A stretch of 64,000 bases of DNA, taken from Ignavibacteriota bacterium (GTDB lineage Bacteria; Bacteroidota; Ignavibacteria; Palsa-1295). Positions 31,481 to 41,755 of this stretch are shown in pieces; position 1 is the first letter of the stretch; each line of letters opens with the position of its first letter. Location: contig CAWBEI010000004.1 in the NCBI GenBank assembly GCA_963787835.1, positions 352,001 to 416,000 on the forward strand, written 5' to 3'. The translations under genes were made by a program, and so were the position numbers. The notes below the pieces were generated by a model. That model ran no database searches, was not told the origin of the DNA, and was given only the letters and a program-made list of their open reading frames with translations.

Positions 31481-32044
31481 ATTTTTTTATGCAACCGGTT
31501 TATGTTATTTCACACGAAACTTGGATCGTGCATTTGCATGCATCGACGAGACCCTCATCAATCGAGGGGGAGAGCTTTTGCATTCCTAACCAATTTACGA
31601 AAGTGACAGAGCATCACATTGCAGTTCGACGACAATACCGATCCAGAACAGAGGGGAACTCGGGCTCACCCTCATCAAAGACCATTGAGAGCAGGGTCTC
31701 CGAATCGTCCTTCGAATCGCACAGCAATAAAGCCAAGAAATGCAGGATCGCTAAAACCTGCCGGCATTGTGGCGCAAAACCCTCAAGCTCTGCCACATTT
31801 TCTCTAAAAGGATTACTTCTTCACCGCGAACGAGCTATAAATGTTAAAAGTTTCTAACGAATTGGCGAAATAATCCCCTATCCCAGTCTGACCGATTTCT
31901 AGGCCGATTTCAGGTGTTTGATGGCATATAAAACAGGATGAATAAAAGGCACAACGGTTAATTGATAAATTGCACAACAATGGACTTTCGGATGCCCCGT
32001 TCGCTATTGCGGAACCTACTGAATTCAAGCGGCATTTAAGGCTC

Positions 32045-32117
32045 GCTTCCTTAGCTCAGTTGGTAGAGCAACTGACTCTTAATCAGTGGGTCGCCGGTTC
32101 GAGCCCGGCAGGAAGCA
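32045..32117 (+). tRNA. tRNA-Lys (CTT), CCA not encoded
   Basis: Acceptor GCTTCCT/AGGAAGC; D arm GCTCAGTTGGTAGAGC; anticodon arm ACTGA-CTCTTAA-TCAGT; T arm GCCGG-TTCGAGC-CCGGC. Confidence 0.97.
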
Positions 32118-32150
32118 CTTCTTTTCAGGATTGAGAAGCGAGTTGGAGGC

Positions 32151-32627
32151 CTACGCGCATTCCGTGTCAACAGCGATCAGCTTTTCGCAGAGAGATGCGA
32201 GCTGGGACAGTTCGGGCTCCGTTAGATTTGCCATTAAATTATTGTCGAATGCAGTGAGTTTTGGAGAGATCGTATCGAGCGCTTTCAATCCTTTATCGGT
32301 AATGAATGCCCGCACCACGCGGCGATCTTTTGTGGACCGCTCGCGCTTGACGAATCCGAGCTTTTCGAGTGTGTCAATGCGGCGCGTGATGTCCGGCGAC
32401 CGATCAATCATTCTGCACGCGATCTCGCCAGATGGATGCCCCTCTTTGCCGGCTCCGCGCAAAATTCGGAGTATATTGAACTGCTCGCCGGTCAGGTCTG
32501 CTTCGGCGAGTACGCGGTCGATATTCGAGCGCAATTCGCTCGCTGCAGCCATAAGCGCAAGCATAGCCTCCTGTAGAGGGCTTTCGAATTTCGACATTTT
32601 AAGACGTTTTTGTAGGACTTCTCCCAT
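32151..32627 (-). CDS. MarR family transcriptional regulator
   Basis: LTGEQFNILRILRG, PDITRRIDTLEKLGFVKRERSTKDRR...ITDKG. Confidence 0.92.
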   Translation of the reverse strand: MGEVLQKRLKMSKFESPLQEAMLALMAAASELRSNIDRVLAEADLTGEQFNILRILRGAGKEGHPSGEIACRMIDRSPDITRRIDTLEKLGFVKRERSTKDRRVVRAFITDKGLKALDTISPKLTAFDNNLMANLTEPELSQLASLCEKLIAVDTECA

Positions 32628-32758
32628 AAAAAAAGAGAACAATAATATTTAAACAATAATTAATGGTGCCTGAACAGGGATTTGAATAGATCTCATGGAT
32701 TTCGAAGAAGTGTTGAAATTAGTTTGTAATATATACCTCTCATGAATGCATTGATGAT

Positions 32759-32884
32759 GTCATTGCGAGGAGAATCGAACGACCGAAGGGAGTTCGATTC
32801 GACGAAGCAATCTCGGTATCGAAGGCAAGAGATTGCTTCGTCGGAATCACTCCGCTTCGCTGCGTGATTCCTTCTCGCAATGAC
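32759..32884. repeat. GTCATTGCGAG-type palindromic REP/REPIN-like element
   Basis: GTCATTGCGAG...CGACGAAGCAATCTC...GAGATTGCTTCGTCG...CTCGCAATGAC. Confidence 0.9.
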
Positions 32885-32894
32885 GTTGTAGAGA

Positions 32895-34355
32895 TCATGG
32901 TTCAGGCGATTTCCTTGCTCGCTCTCGTTCCGTCAGCGGATTCTCCCTAAGAATATCATCCTTGATCTTCAATAAATATTCTTTTGCGGCGGCGTAGTCG
33001 TTCGGAATGATTCCGTCCAAAATAGCTTCCTCGATCGCGGTTTTGAGGATGCCGACGGTCTTCGATGGCGGAATGCAGCATATTTCCATGATCTCCTCTC
33101 CTCGAACCGGTGATTGAAAGGCGCGCATCTGGTCCTTCGCTTCGACTTCCGCCATCTTTTCCGCGACGATGTCGTAATTGCGCTGATAGCGGTTTGCAAG
33201 CTTTGGATTTTTCGATGTGATGTCGGCTCGGCAGAGTGTAAGCAGATCGTCAATGTCTTCGCCGGCTTCGAATAGAATGCGGCGGACGGCGGAGTCTGTC
33301 ACGCCTTCATCGACAAGTCCCATCGGTCGCATGTGCAGGCGCACCAGCTTAGCAACATACTCGGCAGCATCCATCGGCAGTTTCATACGCCGGAAAATTT
33401 TCTGGACCCAGCGCGCGCCAACGATGTCGTGCCCATAGAACGTCCAGCCGATGCCTTCTCGGAACTCTTTCGTGCGTGGTTTTGCAATGTCATGCAACAG
33501 CGCTGCAAAACGCAGCCAGACGTTATCCGTCATCGCCGCCATGTTATCGACGACTTGCATGGTATGGCGGAATACATCTTTATGTGCATATTCCTGCACG
33601 CCAACCGTGCGCAGTTCCGCGCCGCCCAGTTCATCGACTTCTCGAAAGACAAAGTGCATGAGGCCGGTGTCGCGTAATATATTCAGCCCCACAGATGGTC
33701 GCGGGGATCCCATTATCTTCAGGAACTCATCCGTTATTCGTTCCTGGCTGACGATCGTGATGCGGTCGGCCATGCGTTCCATTGCATCTAATGCGTAGCC
33801 ATCGACGTGGAAATCAAGCTGAGCGGCAAAACGCGCGGCGCGCATCATGCGGAGCGGGTCGTCGGAAAATGTTTGCTCCGGGTCGAGCGGTGTGCGGAGG
33901 AGGTGTTCCTTAAGATCGAGCAGTCCATCAAATCGATCGATAAGATCGCCGAAGCTTGTTTGGTTCAACGAGACAGCAAGAGCGTTTATAGTAAAATCAC
34001 GACGTGCGAGATCGTCTTCCAGTGTGCCTTCTTCTGTGATCGGATTTCGGCTGTTCGAGCGATAGGATTCCTTCCGCGCTCCAACAAATTCAACAGTATG
34101 CTCACCAACTTGAAGCGCTGCAGTCCGGAATTGTTCATAAACTGCAAGCTTCGCTCCATCGAATTCACTTGCAACAAGAGAAGCAAAGCCAACGCCGTCG
34201 CCAATGACCGTGATATCAATATCTTTGCGGATACCACGATTTAGCAATTCATCGCGCACAAATCCGCCGACGACGTACGCATCCATTTTCACTTCATCGG
34301 CAATGGAGCCAATGGCGAAAAGGATGGGGTCGGTGATGGGGAAGCGTTCTGGCAA
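32895..34355 (-). CDS. cca: CCA tRNA nucleotidyltransferase with HD domain
   Basis: VVGGFVRD..L...KDIDI, DLARRDFTINA, DDPLRMMRA.RF, ALLHDIAKP. Confidence 0.92.
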   Translation of the reverse strand: MPERFPITDPILFAIGSIADEVKMDAYVVGGFVRDELLNRGIRKDIDITVIGDGVGFASLVASEFDGAKLAVYEQFRTAALQVGEHTVEFVGARKESYRSNSRNPITEEGTLEDDLARRDFTINALAVSLNQTSFGDLIDRFDGLLDLKEHLLRTPLDPEQTFSDDPLRMMRAARFAAQLDFHVDGYALDAMERMADRITIVSQERITDEFLKIMGSPRPSVGLNILRDTGLMHFVFREVDELGGAELRTVGVQEYAHKDVFRHTMQVVDNMAAMTDNVWLRFAALLHDIAKPRTKEFREGIGWTFYGHDIVGARWVQKIFRRMKLPMDAAEYVAKLVRLHMRPMGLVDEGVTDSAVRRILFEAGEDIDDLLTLCRADITSKNPKLANRYQRNYDIVAEKMAEVEAKDQMRAFQSPVRGEEIMEICCIPPSKTVGILKTAIEEAILDGIIPNDYAAAKEYLLKIKDDILRENPLTERERARKSPEP

Positions 34356-34399
34356 TGAATGAATAGAGATATTTATTAATAATAGAAATCTATGCTTTT

Positions 34400-34477
34400 G
34401 TCATTCCCGCAAACGCGGGAGTTCGGTTCAGACTACAACACCCGAAGGGTCTGGATTCCCGCGTTCGCGGGAATGAC
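34400..34477. repeat. GTCATTCCCGC-type palindromic element
   Basis: GTCATTCCCGCAAACGCGGGA...TCCCGCGTTCGCGGGAATGAC. Confidence 0.88.
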
Positions 34478-34501
34478 AGGGTAATACGACCAATTTCTTC
34501 G

Positions 34502-35179
34502 TTACTCTTCCGTATCCGGTCCTGACTTCTTATTCCAAGTTACGATATAGCCATCGTTGCGGATGAGCGTGTGCATGGTTTCGAGTTCCTGGATCTTTGG
34601 GAGCAACTGCGCGAGGAATTTGTGGAGCATTTCTAATCGCTCGTTCTCACTGGTGATACTGAGCAGCGCCTGACGCTGCGGAGCTTCCAACCCGGATTTT
34701 TGTGCGATCTTGAAGGATGGGAACCTATCCTCCGCATTCCACAGCTTTTCATCGAGCGGATCGATCACGCCTTTGTAGGCGATCTCTGCAAGTTCATTAA
34801 AAAGATGGATGGTTTTGCCGGCCAGCTCCATATCGCGTTCTTCGGGTTCATCATCCAACCAGCGGACGGTTGCGAAGGAAATTTCGCCTGGACCATTCTG
34901 CTCGAATTCGAGCACTTCGTACCGGCTTTCGCCTTCGGTCACAATATCGATCTCGCCATCGGGATGGCGTTCGATCACTTCGACCACGCGTGCCGAGCAA
35001 CCTACAGCATGAAGCCTATCACCTTCGACATAATTAATACCGAACGATGATTTATCCTCTATTGCTTCGTTAATAAGCTTTTTGTAGCGATCTTCGAAAA
35101 TATGCAGGGGAATACGGCTCTCAGGAAAGAGCACGACCCCAAGTGGAAAGACGGGAATACGAGTGCGTGTGTGTGTCAC
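34502..35179 (-). CDS. Stand-alone LON peptidase substrate-binding domain protein
   Basis: IPVFPLGVVLFP...PLHIFEDRYKKL, HAVGC, DGEIDI; no ATPase or protease domain. Confidence 0.88.
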   Translation of the reverse strand: MTHTRTRIPVFPLGVVLFPESRIPLHIFEDRYKKLINEAIEDKSSFGINYVEGDRLHAVGCSARVVEVIERHPDGEIDIVTEGESRYEVLEFEQNGPGEISFATVRWLDDEPEERDMELAGKTIHLFNELAEIAYKGVIDPLDEKLWNAEDRFPSFKIAQKSGLEAPQRQALLSITSENERLEMLHKFLAQLLPKIQELETMHTLIRNDGYIVTWNKKSGPDTEE

Positions 35180-35198
35180 CTTACAAAACTACGAAAAC

Positions 35199-35402
35199 TT
35201 ATCGGACATCCTGCCAAAGTTCATACCAGGCCATTTGGATCGCTTCAAGCTTTTGCTCGTTCGAAGTATGAATGTCATCTTCGAATTCAGGAAGTTCACT
35301 GATCCAATTACGCAGATCGGTAAAACGAACGGTCAGAGGATCCACGCCCGGATGCGCTTCCATCAAAGTCTCCGCAATATCTTCTCGGTCAGACCAGGTC
35401 AT
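35199..35402 (-). CDS. iscX: Fe-S assembly protein IscX
   Basis: W.D..DIA..L...HP..DP..VRFTDL..W...L..F.DD....E..LEAIQ.AW. Confidence 0.95.
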   Translation of the reverse strand: MTWSDREDIAETLMEAHPGVDPLTVRFTDLRNWISELPEFEDDIHTSNEQKLEAIQMAWYELWQDVR

Positions 35403-35415
35403 AATAGCGTCCCCA

Positions 35416-35449
35416 CATTCTTAATTATTAATTCTCAATTTTTAATTGA
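35416..35449. repeat. AT-rich heptamer-derived element
   Basis: CATTCTTAATTATTAATTCTCAATTTTTAATTGA, related to the 16303 and 16344 copies. Confidence 0.7.
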
Positions 35450-35785
35450 TTAATGTGCGCCTTCGTGAAATAACTTTGCGATCGCAGGATTAAGCTGTGG
35501 GATCTCGACGATATAATCCGCATCATCCTGGATCTTGCACTGGCAGCCGAGCCGTGAATCCAGCGCAAGGCCTTCGGCCTCATCCAACTGATCGGCCTCG
35601 TCATCTTCCATTTCCGGAAGGAGATCCATGCCTTGCTTTACCTTCACATGGCATGTAGAACACGCGCACACGCCGCCGCAGTTGTGCTGCAGATCGATGT
35701 GATGCGCGAGCGCAACGTCTAAGAAGCTCTCACCGATGAGAGCTTCGCACGTGACGTTCATGGGAAGGAAAGTTACTCTGGGCAA
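35450..35785 (-). CDS. fdx: ISC-type [2Fe-2S] ferredoxin
   Basis: HNCGGVCACSTCHV...SRLGCQ. Confidence 0.95.
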   Translation of the reverse strand: MPRVTFLPMNVTCEALIGESFLDVALAHHIDLQHNCGGVCACSTCHVKVKQGMDLLPEMEDDEADQLDEAEGLALDSRLGCQCKIQDDADYIVEIPQLNPAIAKLFHEGAH

Positions 35786-35787
35786 TT

Positions 35788-35879
35788 ATGAAGTATGAAG
35801 TATGAAGTATGAACAAGGAATGATGATCGGGTGATTGGTAGTATCTCCTTCATCATTCCTCATTCATAATTCATCATTG
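35788..35879. repeat. Short heptamer tandem repeats (TATGAAG) and TCAT-rich repeats
   Basis: TATGAAG x3 plus TATGAAC; TTCATCATTCCTCATTCATAATTCATCATT. Confidence 0.7.
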
Positions 35880-35880
35880 C

Positions 35881-36513
35881 CTATCGGGCAATATAGTTCA
35901 AAAAACGTTCGTTGATGCGGCCCCAGTGCAGGCCATTGATAAAGTTATCGATGTATGCTGCGCGCTTTGGGCCATCCTTATGATAGTATGCGTGTTCGAA
36001 CACGTCGCATGCCACGAGGGGGATCGCTCCCCAGACCGCGCCATAATGATGCTCATCGACAAGCACATTTTTTAGCTGACCGGAGCCAAGTGTGTCGAAT
36101 ACGAGCAATCCCCATCCGGAAAGTTTTGCTGCAAGCGAGGTTGCTTTGAAATCGGTTTTCCATTCTTCGAACGAGCCGAAATCCTGAGCGATCTGCTCGT
36201 GAATTTCGACTGCGGATGCTGGTTCGCCATCGCCGCCGAGACACTCCCAATAGACATCGTGAAGAATCGTGCCGGAATGATTCCACGTCCAGCGGCGCTT
36301 GAGTTCTCCGAATGCGGAGTAATTGCCGTTCGCTTTTGAGGCATCGGCATCGACGAGCGATTTCTCGATCTCGTTCAGTTTATCGACATAGCCTTTGTGG
36401 TGCGTATTGTAATGCCAATCGGATGTTTCGGCGTCCATTACTTTTGCAAGAATGGTTTTCGCGTCTTCGTCCGAATAGGGGCGCTTCTTCAGTGAGAATT
36501 CAGTTGCTTTCAT
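35881..36513 (-). CDS. Divergent Fe/Mn superoxide dismutase family protein
   Basis: WHYNTHHKGYV, LHDVYW, SGWG.L, DVFEHAYY (canonical DVWEHAYY); four metal ligands present. Confidence 0.88.
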   Translation of the reverse strand: MKATEFSLKKRPYSDEDAKTILAKVMDAETSDWHYNTHHKGYVDKLNEIEKSLVDADASKANGNYSAFGELKRRWTWNHSGTILHDVYWECLGGDGEPASAVEIHEQIAQDFGSFEEWKTDFKATSLAAKLSGWGLLVFDTLGSGQLKNVLVDEHHYGAVWGAIPLVACDVFEHAYYHKDGPKRAAYIDNFINGLHWGRINERFLNYIAR

Positions 36514-36534
36514 GTGTGTAAACAAATAAATGGT

Positions 36535-36603
36535 GTAGCCGTGACCTTTAGGTCACGGTGTAGTAATTACGCTTTGCGACCGTGACCTAAAGGTCACGGC
36601 TAC
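36535..36603. repeat. GTAG-tagged REP doublet (REPIN)
   Basis: GTAGCCGTGACCTTTAGGTCACGG...CCGTGACCTAAAGGTCACGGCTAC. Confidence 0.9.
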
Positions 36604-36609
36604 AAAAAT

Positions 36610-38505
36610 TCATACTTGTTCGACTGTCTTTCCTTCGAGCGCTTCGGCGAGGCTTGCATTCATGATCTCATGTGCGAGCGGCTCGGTTGCGCGTTCGAGT
36701 AGTTCTTGTTGCTTTAGGATGTTCGATGCATCGTCGCTCGCGGCAGCGCGGCGCAGTGCGTAGAGTGCGTCGATGACATCGCCGACGTTGATCGTTTTAA
36801 GCTTTGCTTGCGAAATTGCAAGCTGACCGCGCCGAAGTTGCCCAAGAACTTTTTCCGTAGCAGCGAGGATGCGCTGTGCTTCTGTTTTTGCTTCGGCCAA
36901 ACGGCGTGCGGCAATATCGGCGGGAGCGTGCTCCACAGCATCCCGCAGCATTTGTGTGATCTCTTCTTCCGATAATCCATAGGAAGGTTTGACCTCCACT
37001 TGCTGCTCGGTTCCGGTGTGTGCCTCCCGAGCATGAACCTGCAAAATTCCATCGGCATCGATGAGAAATGATACATCCACTTTTGCCGCGCCAGCAGGAA
37101 GTGGGGGAATGCCCTTTAGCGTGAACGATGCGAGATGACGATTGTCCTTCACGAAATCCCGCTCGCCCTGAAATACATTGATTTCCACACCCGTCTGATT
37201 ATCGACGAACGTGGTGTAGGTTTCGGTAACTTTTGTCGGAATGGTCGAATTTCTGGGAATGATCGTGCTCATCATTCCGCCCATCGTTTCAATGCCGAGC
37301 GAGAGGGGAGTGACATCGAGGAGCAGGATATTTTTTGTCACACCAGCGAGAATATCTGCTTGTATGGCTGCGCCAAGTGCGACCGTTTCATCGGGATTTA
37401 ATTCATCATGCGGCTTGCGTTTGAAAATATCTTTGACAAGGGCTTTTACCATCGGCATGCGCGTTGCGCCGCCGACGAGCACCACTTCATCGATATCACC
37501 AACATCGAGCTTTGCATCGGTGAGCGCATCTTCGCATGGTTTGCGGGTGCGCTCGATGATGCTTTTTGCGACGCGCTCGAATTCCGGCAGCGTAAGGTTC
37601 CGCTTGTAACTGATGCCGGATTCCGGCAATTCAATTTCTACCATTACGTGCGATCTTGTAGAAAGGTCAACTTTTGCTCGCTCTGCAATTTGGCGAATCT
37701 TTTGCAGTTGCTCCGGAGTCGGCACGAAGGAGGGTGTCATGTGCTGGATCTGAGAGATGAACAGTTCCATAAGCCGGCGGTCAATGTCGTCGCCGCCCAA
37801 ATACGTATCGCCGTTCGTTGAAAGCACTTCGAAGATGCCGTTCTTGATCTTCAGAATGGAAATATCGAAGGTTCCACCACCAAGGTCATAAACGGCGACT
37901 GTTCCTTCTTTCGTCTTGTCAAGTCCGTATGCAAGCGCGGCAGCCGTTGGCTCGCTGATGATGCGAAGCACATCGAGCCCTGCGAGGCGTCCGGCATCCT
38001 TTGTGGCATGGCGCTGTGCATCGTTAAAATACGCAGGAACCGTGATCACGGCACGTGTTACCGGCTCATCGAAAAATACTTCTGCGCGCCGCTTCAACTC
38101 GATAAGCACATAGCTGGAAAGCTCGATAGGAGTATAAACCTGCTTGCCGATCTGAATGCGTACGAGACCTTCATCGGCAGGAACGAGCCGGTATCCCAAC
38201 ATGGCGGATTCTTTCCTGACATCCTGATAGGATTTTCCCATCAGCCGCTTAACGGAATACACCGTATGCTGTGCATCCTGCATAGAACGCTCGCGCGCTT
38301 TCTGGCCGATGGCAACGACATCTCCATGGTCGTTCAGTGTAACGACCGATGGAACCAGTTTACCATCGGTTCCCTCGATTATTTTCGCCACACCATGATC
38401 GACGTACGCCACGAGCGAGTTTGTGGTACCGAGATCGATCCCGATCACGCGGCCTTCGGTGGCGTGGCCATTACTTTGTCCCGGCAATGTGATATTAAGC
38501 GGCAT
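36610..38505 (-). CDS. hscA: Fe-S chaperone HscA (Hsp70 family)
   Basis: [43 protein letters not shown]; lies in ISC operon. Confidence 0.92.
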   Translation of the reverse strand: MPLNITLPGQSNGHATEGRVIGIDLGTTNSLVAYVDHGVAKIIEGTDGKLVPSVVTLNDHGDVVAIGQKARERSMQDAQHTVYSVKRLMGKSYQDVRKESAMLGYRLVPADEGLVRIQIGKQVYTPIELSSYVLIELKRRAEVFFDEPVTRAVITVPAYFNDAQRHATKDAGRLAGLDVLRIISEPTAAALAYGLDKTKEGTVAVYDLGGGTFDISILKIKNGIFEVLSTNGDTYLGGDDIDRRLMELFISQIQHMTPSFVPTPEQLQKIRQIAERAKVDLSTRSHVMVEIELPESGISYKRNLTLPEFERVAKSIIERTRKPCEDALTDAKLDVGDIDEVVLVGGATRMPMVKALVKDIFKRKPHDELNPDETVALGAAIQADILAGVTKNILLLDVTPLSLGIETMGGMMSTIIPRNSTIPTKVTETYTTFVDNQTGVEINVFQGERDFVKDNRHLASFTLKGIPPLPAGAAKVDVSFLIDADGILQVHAREAHTGTEQQVEVKPSYGLSEEEITQMLRDAVEHAPADIAARRLAEAKTEAQRILAATEKVLGQLRRGQLAISQAKLKTINVGDVIDALYALRRAAASDDASNILKQQELLERATEPLAHEIMNASLAEALEGKTVEQV

Positions 38506-38528
38506 TAAATAGGCAAATTTTGGGGCTT

Positions 38529-38657
38529 GTCATTGCGAGGAGAATCCTGCGACCAACGGGAGCAGGATTCGACGAAGCAATCTCTTGCAGTAACAGACGA
38601 GATTGCTTCGTCGAGAACGAAACGGCAATCGCCGTTTCGTTCTCTCCTCGCAATGAC
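38529..38657. repeat. GTCATTGCGAG-type palindromic element
   Basis: Same arms as the 32759 element. Confidence 0.9.
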
Positions 38658-38679
38658 GTGATACGGAATAGAGTTCATA

Positions 38680-39261
38680 TTAATAAAGCTCCGGGAATAA
38701 GCGTCGTTCGGCGCACTCGATGGCAATGTGGATGATCTTGATGTGCAATTCCTGAATCCGGTCGCTGGTGTCACCGGGAACGATGATTGGAATGTCGCAC
38801 AGCGATTTAATTCCACCCCCGCCTTTGCCAAGCAACCCGACGACTTTCATTCCTTTTCGCTTTGCTGCTTCCGCAGCTAAGATCAAATTTTTACTATTTC
38901 CAGAAGTGGTGATTGCAATGAACACATCTCCCGGCGCACCGAAGGCATCGACCATCCGCTCGAATACATGCTCGAAACCGTAGTCATTTGAAGTGCAAGT
39001 GATATGCGACGAATCTGAGAACGCCAGTGCAGGCATCGGCTTGCGGTCCTTGCGATAGCGGCCCGTCCACTCTTCAGCAAAGTGCATGGCGTCGCAGTGG
39101 CTTCCACCATTACCGGCGGAATACACTTTATGTCCGCTTTCGAACGTGCTAATTAAAAGTTCACTAAAATCTTGGATGCCGCGTAAGGTCGCTTCATTCG
39201 ATATGAGTTCATCGATCGCGTTGCGCGCGGTGGAAAAGAAAGAGAGGATTTCTTCGTGCAT
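38680..39261 (-). CDS. gmhA: D-sedoheptulose-7-phosphate isomerase
   Basis: GNGGSHCDAMHFAEE, SNDYGF, TSGNS.N, DRIQELH. Confidence 0.93.
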   Translation of the reverse strand: MHEEILSFFSTARNAIDELISNEATLRGIQDFSELLISTFESGHKVYSAGNGGSHCDAMHFAEEWTGRYRKDRKPMPALAFSDSSHITCTSNDYGFEHVFERMVDAFGAPGDVFIAITTSGNSKNLILAAEAAKRKGMKVVGLLGKGGGGIKSLCDIPIIVPGDTSDRIQELHIKIIHIAIECAERRLFPELY

Positions 39262-39824
39262 TATTTAACGATAAGAGACCGGTCAAAGGAAGCGAGAATA
39301 TCGGGAAGCATGGCCGTCACTGCTTTTCGGTATTCGGGTTGGTAGCGAAGGCTGATCTCATACACACCATTGCTCGTCAGAATACCCCTTGCATACCAGA
39401 ATATTTTTTGTTCCTTACCATTTTGATCGAAACTATCGTCGTCAAAAGTTCTGGAGGAAACGTCATAGAACGTATTCGTTATTCGTTTCGACTCGATCCT
39501 GGTATCCTCCTGGTGTTTGAGATCGTTCACGAGCACGGTATATCGTTTGTGCAGGACGTCGGAGCTACCGACGCCCACGCGTGATACAAACAGTAGAATG
39601 CCAATTGTGTGAGTATCCGCAGGTTGATATTGGACCGTTGCCGAATTTGGCATGGTTCCCATCGTAAAAAAATCAGGTAGCGAGATACTGAATCCCATCG
39701 GATTCGAGTACGAGCGCCATGTGCGCTGGGCAGAGTTCACTAATTCGTCAGGGCCTTGTGCGTATCCGGTTGTTGACAAAAGGATTATTGCCGCGCATGA
39801 AAGTGCCAAATACCTGAACTTCAT
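39261..39824 (-). CDS. Secreted hypothetical protein (possibly PsbP-like)
   Basis: Signal peptide MKFRYLALSCAAIILLSTTGYA/Q; WRSYSN..GFSISLP...ILASF pattern. Confidence 0.65.
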   Translation of the reverse strand: MKFRYLALSCAAIILLSTTGYAQGPDELVNSAQRTWRSYSNPMGFSISLPDFFTMGTMPNSATVQYQPADTHTIGILLFVSRVGVGSSDVLHKRYTVLVNDLKHQEDTRIESKRITNTFYDVSSRTFDDDSFDQNGKEQKIFWYARGILTSNGVYEISLRYQPEYRKAVTAMLPDILASFDRSLIVK

Positions 39825-39825
39825 G

Positions 39826-40422
39826 TTAATGTTGAATAAACGCTGGTTTGCCTTGCCGTGCGGCACTCACAGAAATGCGGAGGGTTTCGAGATAGGCGCG
39901 TTCGCTCATGAGTTGTGCGATGCGCCCAAGTTCCTCCTGCTCTTCTTTGGAAAGCTCGCCGGACTCGTTCGGATGCATACGGGAGTCCCATTTTCGCGCA
40001 ATGCGCTCGCGTTCTTCATCGATGGCTTCGCGTTGGCCTTCTAATTCTTCGACGATGGCATATAGCTCACGCATCACCTTCTCTTTATCGCGTTGGCTGG
40101 TTGCCATTTCAAGATCGGCGATCTTTTCCTGCGCTTCCATCACGGTCACCAGCAGGCCGGGCGGAACGCTTTTTTGATCGGAGATCGGGAAGCCATAGAG
40201 TTCCACTACGTGCTTGGCACGAGGGATGGGTTCCCGCAGCGTGCGGTAAGCGGCATTGATGTCACTGGATTCCGCAAGCGCGCGATCGCGGCGTACTTCT
40301 TCGGCCGTCACATGCCGATCCGGATGGGACTGCAATTGCAGTTCGTGAAAGCGCTTTTCGAGCGCCTCACGGTTCACCGCAAACGTGCGATCGATTCCGA
40401 ATCGACAAAAGTGGTCGGTCAT
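39826..40422 (-). CDS. hscB: Fe-S co-chaperone HscB
   Basis: J domain with HPD, SSDINAAYRTLR.P..RA. Confidence 0.92.
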   Translation of the reverse strand: MTDHFCRFGIDRTFAVNREALEKRFHELQLQSHPDRHVTAEEVRRDRALAESSDINAAYRTLREPIPRAKHVVELYGFPISDQKSVPPGLLVTVMEAQEKIADLEMATSQRDKEKVMRELYAIVEELEGQREAIDEERERIARKWDSRMHPNESGELSKEEQEELGRIAQLMSERAYLETLRISVSAARQGKPAFIQH

Positions 40423-40424
40423 GG

Positions 40425-40499
40425 GTAGCCGTAACCTTTAGGTTACGGTGTGAATGTGTGAAAGACGCTCCGCGACCGTGACTTAAAAGTCACGGCTAC
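40425..40499. repeat. GTAG-tagged REP doublet (REPIN)
   Basis: GTAGCCGTAACCTTTAGGTTACGG...CCGTGACTTAAAAGTCACGGCTAC. Confidence 0.88.
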
Positions 40500-40520
40500 A
40501 AGGTTACGTCGCGATACTCC

Positions 40521-40919
40521 TTACGCTGTAAACGAACTTCCGCAGCCGCAGGTCTTGGTGGCGTTCGGGTTGTTGAACACGAAGCCGCGTCCGTTGAGGC
40601 CATCGGTGAAATCGAGCTCGGTTCCCGAAAGATAGAACAGCGATTTGGTATCGACGAACATGCGGATTCCATCCTTGATAAGGATTTTATCGTTCTCGCG
40701 CTGTTCGGCGTCGAAGCCAAGCGAATAGGATAACCCGGAGCATCCGCCGCCCTTCACGCCAACGCGCAGGCCATAGGTCTCTGGGATCTTATTTGCTTCC
40801 ATGATCTTTCGTACCTCGCTTACGGCCTTATCGGTGAGCGAGATCTCGTTATCGAGATCGGTGAACGCTTGTTCGACGGTCGTTTCCTCTAACGAGGGCA
40901 TTTCCATTACTTCTGTCAT
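40521..40919 (-). CDS. iscA: A-type Fe-S carrier IscA/HesB
   Basis: GVKGGGCSG.SY, FNNPNA..TCGCGSSF. Confidence 0.95.
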   Translation of the reverse strand: MTEVMEMPSLEETTVEQAFTDLDNEISLTDKAVSEVRKIMEANKIPETYGLRVGVKGGGCSGLSYSLGFDAEQRENDKILIKDGIRMFVDTKSLFYLSGTELDFTDGLNGRGFVFNNPNATKTCGCGSSFTA

Positions 40920-41046
40920 AGTTGTATTCTAAAAAAGAACCTGGATTACGCGGATTGGATGGATGTGCAGGATAGGTCCTGCTTATTCCACATTTGCTAT
41001 AATCTTAGTTCCGTTGTGTATTAAATGAGTTAAAAAATTTATTGAT

Positions 41047-41162
41047 GTCATTGCGAGGAGATTAAAGCGACCGGAGGGAGCTTTAATCGACGAAGCAATC
41101 TCTGGCTGTTAATTGCCACGCTGAGATTGCTTCGTCGTCCCTCCGGGACTCCTCGCAATGAC
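41047..41162. repeat. GTCATTGCGAG-type palindromic element
   Basis: GTCATTGCGAGGAG...CTCCTCGCAATGAC. Confidence 0.9.
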
Positions 41163-41170
41163 GTGTGAAA

Positions 41171-41581
41171 TCAAGCAGCAGCTAATTCAAGTTCTGCCGC
41201 CGCACGTTTCTTTTTAAAATCTTCGATGGCGGCTTTGATCGCGTCCTCGGCTAATACCGAGCAGTGGATCTTCACCGGCGGCAGATTGAGTTCCTGCACG
41301 ATCGTGGTGTTCTTGATCGCGTAGGCTTCATCCACCGTTTTGCCTTTGATCATTTCGGTTGCGAACGAGCTCGATGCGATCGCGCTGCCGCAGCCGAAGG
41401 TTTTGAACTTTGCATCTTCGATCACGCCCGTTTCCGGATTGATTTTCAGTTGCAGGCGCATGACGTCGCCGCATTCCGGCGCGCCGACAAGGCCGGTGCC
41501 CACGTTTACGTCCTTCGCGTCCAGCGTGCCAACGTTGCGCGGGTGCTGATAATGCTCGATTACTTTGTCTGAGTATGCCAT
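41171..41581 (-). CDS. iscU: Fe-S scaffold IscU
   Basis: GAPECGD, FGCGSAIAS, LPPVKIHCS. Confidence 0.98.
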   Translation of the reverse strand: MAYSDKVIEHYQHPRNVGTLDAKDVNVGTGLVGAPECGDVMRLQLKINPETGVIEDAKFKTFGCGSAIASSSFATEMIKGKTVDEAYAIKNTTIVQELNLPPVKIHCSVLAEDAIKAAIEDFKKKRAAAELELAAA

Positions 41582-41599
41582 AATGTTGTCCTTAATAAC

Positions 41600-41742
41600 G
41601 TCATTGCGAGGAGCATGATTCGACCGGAGGGAGAATTATGCGACGAAGCAATCTCATGCAGTTACCCTCACGGTTGAACGATCGAGATTGCTTCGTCGAG
41701 AATGAATCGGCTATCGCCGACTCATTCTCTCCTCGCAATGAC
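41600..41742. repeat. GTCATTGCGAG-type palindromic element
   Basis: Same arms as the other copies. Confidence 0.9.
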
Positions 41743-41755
41743 GGTTCAAAAATTT

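Noticed and set aside
31505-31521. parS-like TATTTCACACGAAACT
   Set aside because: Four mismatches to TGTTTCACGTGAAACA and only one copy.
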